Part shown: positions 29,584 to 40,600 of the stretch, piece after piece
How positions within the stretch are numbered: the first letter of the stretch is position 1
How the letters are laid out: every line of letters starts with the position of its first letter
Virus record (IMG/VR): IMGVR_UViG_3300024518_001350
Location: 1-59,149 of that record
Reading direction: 5' to 3' (one strand)
Source: a virus
Taxonomy: Duplodnaviria > Caudoviricetes
Length of the DNA: 59,149 bases
Made by a program: the position numbers and the translations under genes
The notes under the pieces: model-generated
Database searches by the model: none
What the model was told of the DNA's origin: nothing
Seen by the model: only the letters and a program-made list of their open reading frames with translations

Positions 29584-31683
29584 ATGGCATACAATAACGC
29601 AGGAATATCTGGCTTGACCGGACCTGATAGTCATGAGTCACCAGACATACTCCAAAGGCTGGATATGTACAGAGGCTACCCAAGTGAAAAGCTTGGGCCA
29701 ATTGCATCCAATGGAGATCTTGCAGCCGTTAGTGTGCTTGCTGACAGAAAGGATCAGGAGAGAAGACAGAAAGAAAATGCAGCTAAGAACCCAACAACCA
29801 CTGCTATAGAAGATTTGATTGCAAGGAATAACTTTCCAGTGGGTAGTAATAGTCTTCCTCAGATGCCTCAAGGTAGACCCGGTATGCAGGGAGCAGACAC
29901 TGCTATGCCTAATATGGGAAGCCCCCCAGGGGCAGGCATGATAGGCGCATCATCCTCTCCGGGGATGGGACTTGCAAGCCAAGGTCCACCCACAGGCTCT
30001 CAGATGCCCCCTGCTGGATTTAATCAACAGCAGGTACCTGGACAGCCCCCTGTCATGGGAGCCAAGGACGGGGGTCTGGTGGACAGATTCAGAAGATCTG
30101 GTGTGAGAGGGTTTAGTGGGGAATATGGCAAGTCTGGATCCTTGATGACTCCAAGTCAGAGAGACGCACTTGATGCCTATAACCGATGGGGTGTTCCTCT
30201 CCCCCCAGGACATCCAAGTTATGATACTGGTCTAGAAGTCTATGCACAGGAGTCACACGCTGATAGATATCGTGCTGAGCAGGAAGCTAGTGGAATGAAG
30301 GTGGGTAGATATAGGGACTTGCCTATACCTCGTAGCGAAATTTCATACAGGTTACCCTTTAGAAGAGATGAACTAGGTGGAGAATACGGACCAGGGCAAG
30401 CTCCTCATGTACCTGCTAGCGATCTCATGCCTCCTGTGCAGGGCATGAAATATAACTTTAATACAGAACCTAGGGAGACGTTCGATACAGGGGCAGACGT
30501 ACCCGGTCAGAAATTTGGTAGGTTTTTAAAGGCTATGAGTAAGATTGATATTCCCGATGTACTCCGTTGGGATCCTGACCACCCATCACTGCACACTAAT
30601 GATGATTGGACTAGTAATAGCGAGTACTACAAAGGTAAAGGCAAGCATGTTAGAGATATTATTGGAGATAAGATAGGTGGAGCCTATAATGCTTTCAAGG
30701 GTGGGATTGATAATAACCCACTTGGAAGGACGGGTAGTGAGTCAGGACATCCTCCGGGTGTATCATTGTTCGTTGATCAGCCATGGATGAAAAGAGTAAG
30801 AGAGAATGTAGCTCAAGGAGAGCCTGATCAAGATCGTATAGCAGCTATGGAAGGTTGGAACTGGTTCGGAGGAATGTTTGATTCTGATGATGTTGGATAT
30901 CAAAACAGAAAGAAAGCAGGAGGGCAAGCCTCTGAAGAGAAAGGAGTTGGAGGTGGCGGTGGCGGTCCTAAAGAAGGTGTAGAAGGTAGACCTAGACCAC
31001 CACTCCTAGAGGCTGGTAAGGTAGATGTTACTGCTATGGATATGTTCATGGATAAGATTGAGGAAATGCAGAGGGGTAAGAGGGGGATGGCCTTACTAGC
31101 GATGGCAGCAGAGATGGGCAAATATCATAAGGGAGGATTCCTTCCATCAGCAGTTGCTGGTATGAATGCTGCTGGTCAATCTGCAAGGGATACTGACACT
31201 CAGACTTTGAAGGGCTATGGTTTAGGAGCAGAGCTGCAACTTCAGAAAGAAAAAATTGCCAATGATTATGCAGTAGGAATGGGTAGAAATGCTTCATACG
31301 CAAGTAATGCCAATGAAAAGGCATATAAAGCCCTAACAAAGGAACAGCGAAGTCTTGTAAATGACCGTATGAAGGCATTCGATACGTCAGCAGATGGTCC
31401 AAGGGCATTAGAAGCTCTCATGCTTGGACGCATGGGATCAAGGGACGACTACAGATATCTTCAATACGCTTTCTATGGTGGAAATGAAATTGATTCAACC
31501 TTGAGTGGTGCAGGTGATTGGGGTCAAGTATCTCCTAGGGATCGTACTGAAGCCAGATCGATAGTTATGCAAGCATTAGTTGCTGATGTTCAGATGCAAT
31601 TAGACATCGGGGGATCTGGTGGGGGTGGTCAAATAAACATAGCTTCTCTGGGTGGTAAACCTATAACTGCGAGTAGATTCTAG
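29584..31683 (+). CDS. internal virion/ejection protein
   Basis: Pro/Gln/Gly-rich N-terminus, AKDGGLV motif, amphipathic C-terminal helices. Confidence 0.65.
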   Translation: MAYNNAGISGLTGPDSHESPDILQRLDMYRGYPSEKLGPIASNGDLAAVSVLADRKDQERRQKENAAKNPTTTAIEDLIARNNFPVGSNSLPQMPQGRPGMQGADTAMPNMGSPPGAGMIGASSSPGMGLASQGPPTGSQMPPAGFNQQQVPGQPPVMGAKDGGLVDRFRRSGVRGFSGEYGKSGSLMTPSQRDALDAYNRWGVPLPPGHPSYDTGLEVYAQESHADRYRAEQEASGMKVGRYRDLPIPRSEISYRLPFRRDELGGEYGPGQAPHVPASDLMPPVQGMKYNFNTEPRETFDTGADVPGQKFGRFLKAMSKIDIPDVLRWDPDHPSLHTNDDWTSNSEYYKGKGKHVRDIIGDKIGGAYNAFKGGIDNNPLGRTGSESGHPPGVSLFVDQPWMKRVRENVAQGEPDQDRIAAMEGWNWFGGMFDSDDVGYQNRKKAGGQASEEKGVGGGGGGPKEGVEGRPRPPLLEAGKVDVTAMDMFMDKIEEMQRGKRGMALLAMAAEMGKYHKGGFLPSAVAGMNAAGQSARDTDTQTLKGYGLGAELQLQKEKIANDYAVGMGRNASYASNANEKAYKALTKEQRSLVNDRMKAFDTSADGPRALEALMLGRMGSRDDYRYLQYAFYGGNEIDSTLSGAGDWGQVSPRDRTEARSIVMQALVADVQMQLDIGGSGGGGQINIASLGGKPITASRF

Positions 31684-34600
31684 TGGGAACATATAAATAC
31701 TTCTTTCCAACTGGAGGGTACTATCCTGTAGAAGATGATGTATCTATGGAAGATGCAGGCAATCAATTACAGGAATTGTATCCTGCTGGGTTCTATCAAA
31801 ATTTTAGTCCTATGCAGAGAGAAGAAGATATTCGTCAACGTGAGGCTGACAATCAAGGATTCTTTATGGATGTAGTTGGCGAGCCCATTCTTACTGGATT
31901 GGAACGTCATCTCACAACCCTTCCTTTAGCCGGTAGGTTGGCTCATGATTTTGCTACTGCAACTAAAGAGCAGATGAATGACCCTAGGCATCTACAGCAA
32001 TATCGAGATGATTTTGCAGCGATGTCACAGGAGAAGCAAAAGCATACCTTCAGGCAAGCATCTGAACTTATAGCAAGAGGTGAGTTTACAGACTCTGCCA
32101 AGGAGCTTGGCATGTCAGGGCTAGAGAATTTCTTTGGCATGTTGGCCCACTGGGCACCAACGATTGCTTCAAGCAAGCTTGGAGCTGCTGCTGGTACCGC
32201 CATAGCACCCGGTCCTGGCACTCTCGCTGGTGGTATGATTGGGTATTCTGCTATGTCTGCCGATCAGTTTCTAGCAGAGAATCTGATGGAGTCGATTCAG
32301 AGCAACCCAGACATAACCCTTAATGATATAGCAGATAGATTCCCACATTTATTACTTGCCACTGCTGGTCAGGTAGCAACTGAAGCTGTTGCCTTTAAGG
32401 TGTTGGGATTGTTCAGCAACAAGTTACTTGGCAGCATACCTAAGAATGCACCTATAAAAAGGGAACTTGTAAATTCAACTCAGAGAAAAATAGCAAGTAT
32501 AACTGGACCTAGATCTACGGTTCCTAGAAATATAGCACAAGGTGCAGTCGGAGAGGGTGGAGCAGAAGTACTCCAACACATCATGACCAAGTGGCAGGCT
32601 AATGTTCCGATAGATTACGCCGAAGAAGACCACATGTGGGAGTTGATGGAGAACTTCTGGGGTGGATTGAGTGGTGGTGCAGGTATTGGTGCAATGACTA
32701 GTCTGATTGATGGACGTAATCCACAGACTAGCAAGAGAGACAAAGATCTGCAAGATGAAAAGATTAAGAGTTGGGCACATGCTAGAGCAAGAACTGCACA
32801 GCTAGAGACCCAAAGACTTGAAGCAGAGAATAGAGATAAGCAAGCACAAGCAGCAGAAAACTCCCAACTTGAAGCTGAACTAATCAACGAGCAGATAGAT
32901 GTGGATAGGAATGAAGGTAGGTCTGTAGTCTCAGAAGAAGACATACATGCTGCTGCTCTTGAGAGGAATATAAACTCAAGAGATGGAGGGTTCATTGACT
33001 TTGTTAGGAGAACATTCCCTAGTCATGAAGGTCAAATAGATAGCCTGTCAGATCTCAGTTTACAAGAGAAGAACATCCTCTACCAGAATCTTAAAAGATT
33101 CCAGAGGCAAGGAGCAACTGGAACTGGAGAGTCACAACCCGTAAGCTTCAGGGCACACTCAGATAGTGACATTGAGAAAGTAACTGATTCTATAGCTAAG
33201 AGGTTTAAGAGACATAAGAATAAGGCTAAGTTATTCACAGTTGAAGATGTCAAGAAAATACTTGGTGATGCCAGTGATGAGAGAGCCAAATCTTTGATCG
33301 AAGAGTTGCGTGTGAACGGTGTAGTAGAAAACGAAGGGGTAACAGAAACATTAGAACGACTAACGAAGAAACATAGAGAAGATTCAGTAGATTATGATAA
33401 TGATTTCGAGCCAGACTATACAGCACAACAACTTTCTGACCTGTCAGAGGAAGCCTCTAATTGGAATGAAGGTGACAACATCTCACCAGAATTAGGTAGA
33501 TTAATATTAGATAATTCTGGATACGTACTAAACGATGCACAGGTAGATCCAAATACAAGAGCTATATTAGATATAGCGAGAGAGACAACTACATTTCCAA
33601 CATGGGAAGAGATACAGAGGCGCACTAAGGGCAGTAGCCAAGCAGAAACAGTTTTAAAAAGCCAGTATGATGAGGTTGTAGAAAAATTAAAAGCGGATGG
33701 TTCATTACAAACCAATGCAGATGGTGAACTTTTCTTGGCAAGCAGGTATGAACAGGGTGTAGTAGGGAGACAGTATAGAGGAGTAGAGAGAGGAAAGTTC
33801 GTAGTCAGGGCATTGGATGGTTCGATAATATCAGTACATGATACTATCGAAGGTGCTAAGCAGTCAGCACATGAAGCCAATGAAGACAAAGGTGGAGGAG
33901 GCTACGACCTAACAGATGACTTCGGCAACACCACTAGGATAACTGGACGTAAATCTAAAGAGAGAGCCTTAGCATTCATAAGACAGCATAAGAATAGTAA
34001 ATATAAAATATATGTTGATGGCGTAGAAGCAGAGTCAAATCTTAGTAAGACTAAGGCTGAGAAGCTTTCAAGGTGGATGAGAAGTACTAATGGACTGACT
34101 GGTCAAGAGGGGAGAAGAAGAATCACAGTAGGTAGAGATGAATCTAGCTTCCAGTTTAGATCAACTCCAGATTCATATCTGAATAAGCTACCAGATGTTA
34201 TATCTGCTGGAAACACTAAAGAGAATTTATTCGTTGTCGAGGAAACAAAGCTAGGTGAACAGGGGAGATACTTAGGAAGCAAGCTAATAGGATTAGCAGA
34301 CACATTAGCTGATGCAGAGTCTAAGGCTAACAACTTTAGAGATCTTAGGAGAAAATCATTTGACTCAGTAGGTGGCAAGATAGTAGAAGAAGATGCTGAT
34401 CTAGCAGACTTGAGGAATGATCCAATAGGTCATGCGACGAGGAGGGTCAGGGAGGAATCACCACACTTATCCGAACCTATAACTCCATCAGAATCTAAGA
34501 TATACAAAGCAGAGATGACAGAGTATGGGAAGAGGCTGGAGAAATACTTCAATAGAGCCAAGCTAGGTCATTATGGAATCGGTTTACAATTCGTTCATAA

Positions 34601-37600
34601 TATGCAGGACTTGGCATCTTCATTAAAGAATGGAGAAGATGGTTGGTTTAGTACACAGACTGGGATGATAACCTTACTTGATAGATTAGAATATTCACGC
34701 ATAGATGCTAACTCTTCAGATGAGGAAGTGTATCAAGTATTGCTCCCAATCCTGGGTCATGAGATGATGCACGCCTATGAGACACTTGGTTTAATAAAGC
34801 CTTCCGAGAAGAGAAGGATCCTGAAGAGGATGGAAAAGATAAAGAATGCAAATGGTCAGACCTTGGCAGATGAGGTGCGAGAACGGTATAGACATTTAGA
34901 GGGACCAGAATTAGAATCAGAGATGCTTGCTGTAGCGTTAGAGGTATATATAAAAGAGAGGGGATGGTCTTTAACTGATAAGCAGAAAGCATCTAAGAAA
35001 AAGGATATAACAGGTGCAGATGCAAGTGTGATGAGTAGAATTGGTACATGGCTCAGAGGTCTAGGGTCGTATGTCAATAGTAGTGAATGGACTGGAAGAG
35101 ATGAGAAGTTAATGAGTAAGTTTGTGCCAGGGGAGGAGAGGGACAGTCTTACTGTTAGGTCTGCTCGATCTGGCTTCAGACCATTTGATTCTATGGAGGG
35201 AACCATCAGGCCAGAGAGATACACCGATGGTGAGAAGATCGTATGGGATGGAGATGTAAATTCAAGAGGGGACAAGTGGTTAACTATCGTTGAAGTCAAG
35301 GATATACATAACTTGGCAGATGCTAAGGGTGTACCTTGGGATAACGATGAAGAATTTATGCAGAAAACTATGAGGCTAACTGGTAAATCTAACCATTTAG
35401 ATGAACTCAACCCAAGACAAAGGAGGCTTGTATACCTTGACCTAGCAGACATGCAAGATCCCTACAACATAACTGAAACTCAAAGAACTGTTATCCCTAA
35501 AGAAGAAAAGCCTAGAGCCTCAGCAGCCGATGAAGAAGGAGTTGATAACGAACCTTATACTTACGAAGAAGAGTATCCGGATGAAGCCTATGCTTATGAT
35601 GACGAATACGGTATGGGCAGCAGACCCATAGAAGAAGCTAGGAAACATATGAAAGAAAATGCAAATGTTTCCGTCAATATAGAAAGAATGTATGAGCAAG
35701 AGAATGTAGGTATATGGGATGAAAAGCAGCAAGAGATTATCCTTAGGGAGCTTATACAGAATGCATGGGATGCTGTTAAGGGTGCATACCGGAATGGCAT
35801 TATAGATGAGGGGTCTGGTGTTATAAACGTAGAGATAGAAAGTCCAAATGACTATACAATTTTGGAGCCCGAAGGCAAGGTTCAATCTAAGAAGACAATG
35901 GACTATGATGATCTTGAATCTTTATTTGATGGGATGGATGGCGATGTAGAATTAGTACTCTCCAACATGCGTAAGATGGGAAGCATAGAAGAAAATAATA
36001 CTTTTACCTACAGTGGATCAATGGAAGTTCAGGATAGTGGAACTGGTATGTCACCTGAAGATATAACATACCATTTCCTTAACATCAAGGGATCCTCTAA
36101 GCCCAGCACTGAAGCTTCTGAGACAAGCGGAGGATGGGGTGACGCCAAAATGAGGTTCCTCTTTAATCCAAGCCTTATAGTAGTTGAGTCAACCCAGAAC
36201 GGATTAACTACTAGAATCGTATCTGACAGTCGTACTCTCATAGAAAGCTCAACGGACGTAAACATCGTGCTACCTCACAGTGTTGAGCAAGCATGGAACT
36301 ATGGTACGAGTATGGGTCCGACATGGAGTGATGGACGATTTGACTCAGGAACAAGTGTAAAAGTTTTTCTACCAGTAGACATGCCTGTAAAACACGTAAA
36401 TAGTAAACAACGCAAGGATGTCAAGTGGACCAACCACCCAAGGTTCATGAGCTTTCCTCTAATAGGAGATGTCAAAGTAGATCTCATAGTGGATGGCGTT
36501 AGGACTGATCCAAAGGAAGACTATGATGCACCTGGGAATAGAGAAATCCCAGGAATGGGTAAGGACTTAGACATAGGTGGTAAGTACGAGGAGCCAGTTA
36601 GGTACAACGCAGATTGGGGATACATTGATGTTTACAAAGGGCCTTTTGTAACCAGACAGGTGGAGCCCGGTGATAACTTTTCAACTGCTCCAGTATACGT
36701 GTTCTCATCAGGGCTTTACCAGTTTGACACTAGAGGCCCTCAGAGATCTGGAGACACTGAGTTCTCTGGAAGGGTTGACAAAGCATTCCGATTTGATGCT
36801 TCACATGTGATTGGCAGGCTTCTAAATCGAGAGATTCTATTAGATGTACATTCAAATGTCAGACCAGGGGAGGGGGACTACCCATTCCCTAAGTCAAGAG
36901 ATTCATTGATGGAGGAGGCCAAGGAACTCACTACTATCATAGCTAGGGACATTGTAGGGGAAAGAAGAGATCTGGATAGGAAGGACTTTACCGTTAAGAT
37001 GGGTGACGCCACTTACATGAATAGAACAAATGATCCTGTTCAACAAGGGTTCGTCCACATGGATGATGAAGGGAATGCAATCGAACCTTCTGATGATACC
37101 CTCAACAATGATTTGCCATTACTATATAACTTCAGCACCATCGACAACGAAGATATAACTAATAAACAGATGGAGTTCATCGGAGGGTTGGGCAATATCT
37201 TTCGTGATTTCATAGTTGATATAGACGAGAAGGATATACAAGAGCTAGGTTCTCATAGGAAGACTATGGAATATCCTATGAGAAAGCGAGAGAAGATTGG
37301 TAATTGGTCTACTGCTATTGCTATAGCTCCGAAGAGTGACTGGGCTGGACTGAACATGTTCAAAACATTTTCAGACTCCAGTCTTGATCCAGACTCTTCA
37401 GATTTTAAGGGCTTCAGCGGTATTATGCTAATAGACCCATTCAAGTATAACTTCACCAAGTATCTAGAACAGTACATATCTAAAAACCAAGATATAATAG
37501 ATATGAACTCACATGCAACAACGGCGCAGCAGCTATCTCTAGTTAGCCTTTTACAGAAAACTAATCTTGAGACCTACGCAACAACCTGGGCAAACGCAAT

Positions 37601-40600
37601 CTATTCCACGATGGCACATGAAGCCCTTCATGTTAATCACAGGAGTCATAGTCCCGAAAGATTTATTATAGCCTTGGAAAAGTTTATTTCTGAAGGTGTT
37701 CCTTTGCACAATTTACAAGTCCACATAGACAGCCTATCTGAGCTGTTTACCCAAAACCTAAACGAGTATATAGAATTAAAGGAGATGTATGACGGAGCCA
37801 ATGCGAAATCTGATATCGGCATTCTGGAAGGGACAGAGCTACCAAAGCAAAAGCCCATTCTCAACCAAGATGATAGGGGTCTTAATACCACTAGAGACAC
37901 ACGGTCTGCTGAGCGGACAGGAGGGAGACAAAGAACTGGAGAGTCAGTTCCTCTCGGCGAAAGAGGAAGTAGAAGCAATGAGCGAAGGGGAGTTTCTAGA
38001 CTTCGTAAAGGAATAGTTGGTGAGAAGGGTAAAGCTAGTCGTAACAATACCTCGGCAGGAGGTTCAAGCTGGAGAAACCCTGCTCATGTAGGACAACCAG
38101 ATCTTATTAATAATCCAATAAGCACAAAGGATGGAAATAGGAAAATAGATATAGACAAGAAAGGCTTTCATCTACCTACTTACTTAAGGAGTGTTATTGA
38201 ATCAGTTGTACAGCATTATGCTTTATCTCGAAAGGATGAATATAATAATACTTATGGTAAGCAGAGGTTTACACCAGAAAGAGAACAATCTCTGATAGGA
38301 CAGTATAATAACATAAGCATCGAGCCATCACGGGATGACCATCCTCGTTTTCAACAGCATGATCCAAAGGATGGATATACAACTAATACTGAGATATTCA
38401 AAGAATACGTTAGTAAATATATTGCAGATGTAATAGCCTCAGACCTTGGTATACAAACTGCTGGTACTGATTTCGTCAATGACGAAAATCTAGGTGCTGC
38501 AATTGATGAAGTGATACATGAACATCATGTTAACATGATTGCTATGGGGATTAAGGATTCTAGATTCAGGCTTGACAATGGGTATGGATTGGGATCTACG
38601 CAAGCAGAATGGGATGCAGCCACGTCCATTGAAAAAGAATTAATCATTGAGGAAATTATCGAACTGCAAGTTGAGAGTATTGCTGATGAAGAATTCGGAA
38701 CAGGTGATAAAGCTATTCCTATAACGATTGATCAGGTTCGGGATGCAGTATTCAAAATACAAACCGGAAGGAAGTGGCGTAAAGGTCAGGACTCGGATAG
38801 ACCTATCAGGAATTCAGTTATAGAAAAATTTCGGATCCGAAATGATAAAGACGGAGGAAGATTAAAGGTTATAGAGAAATCTTTCGTAAGATTTACTGGA
38901 CAGGGTAGATATGAGGAGAAAGGTAAAGCTAGTAGGGGAAACCAAGGGGTGGTGGTTACTCCTGATGATGTTTCAATGCTTAGTGAGCTTACTTTGTTTC
39001 ATGGAGGAGACTCTGTACTGAAGAGTCTCAGGAGTGGGAGTGAAGGTGGGTCACTAGGCAGTGGGATTTACCTCACTCCTACAAGGGAAAAGGCTGAAGG
39101 TTACGGAAAGAATCTCTATTCCGTCAATGTAAAGATTGACAATCCTCTTATCATAAGTTCATCCCGAGACGTCACTGCCAAAGCTACCCAACCCCTTAAC
39201 TGGGCCGGAAGCAACACTGCTCCCCGGTGGCTTAATCCTGCTGAACACCTATTGATAAAGCTTGGGGTGCCGAGTGAGAAGGCTCATTCCATAGTCGAAA
39301 AAGAGGAAGAAGAGTACGGTTACGTAAGAAACCGAATCCGTTCTCTGGCGAGAAGACAGGGTTACGATGGTATACTACAGTTTATAGATGGTGAGCTAAT
39401 GGAGGTTGTTGCATTCAGCAAAGGTCAGGTTTCCAATGTAGCCGACGCCATTGGTGAAGAGAAAGGTATGGCTAATATACCAAAGAGGGAAAGGGAAAGA
39501 CTAGAACGTGATAGGCTTGAGGCTATAGAGCAACTACCCCCTGATGAGAGAAGGAGAGTTAAAGAGAGGGATAGGATAGCAAAGGCTAATTCTCTAGCCA
39601 CTAAGGCCAGGAGAAAGGAAGAGGCTGCTGCTAAGAAGGTAGTAGATGACGAGAGAGAACTCCTTGAGAGGGACATAGATACTACTATGTCAAGAGGTAG
39701 GGATCTTGGTAACATGCCAGTACAAATCTTAACCCTCAAGCATACTCCAACAGGGACAAGCATTGATATACACAAGTATCCGAAGGCTAGTGATACACTT
39801 CCATCAATAGTGGGTGTGGATATACCAGTACGCAGTGAGGGATTAGGAAGTGCTGCGATACTCATGGATTATGCTAGGGATATATATCCAGACATCAGAG
39901 TAGAACTAGGTACAGGTGACGCAACAGTACCTAATGCTAAGCGTGTTACATTGATCAGGGATCTAAGTACTGATCAAATACGGAAGCTTATCGAGGTCAA
40001 TGAAATGTTGAAAGAGCGATCCCCTAACAACACTTCTAATTACGAATCAGAAGAATACATACAGGTATTAGCTAACAGGGGAGAAAGAGGTAAAGCTTCT
40101 AGGGGGTTCGATACCACCTTACCTGATCAATTCAGGGCGAAGAAGTTAACATTTAATAAGAACACTCTCGACATGATGGTGAAGGAAGCTAAGTCTATAG
40201 CTATCAACAAGATAAAATCTAGATCCTATCCTGATCTGAAAGGTACCGAGAAGGACAGAAGGATTAAGGATATGGTTAGTAGGCAGCAACGATACTACAA
40301 TGACATCATAAGAGATGACAACATAGCGATGAAGGTAGACGTAGTATCTAAGCTTAGCAATCTATACTCTTCCAATCAGTCAGCCACTAACCATGGAGTT
40401 AACAGCTCTGATCTGTATCAGTTCCTTAAGGAGCTATCAGATGCCGGTGTTTCTAGTAATAGAGTCTTTAAGATAAAGAATGATATGTACGATAGCATGG
40501 GTATGGAAACTAGGAAGATAAAGATAAACGATCTAGAAAGAAATTTATTAGATGACGTATCTAAGATACAGTTCTCTCAAGAATTACTAGAGACTAAGAC

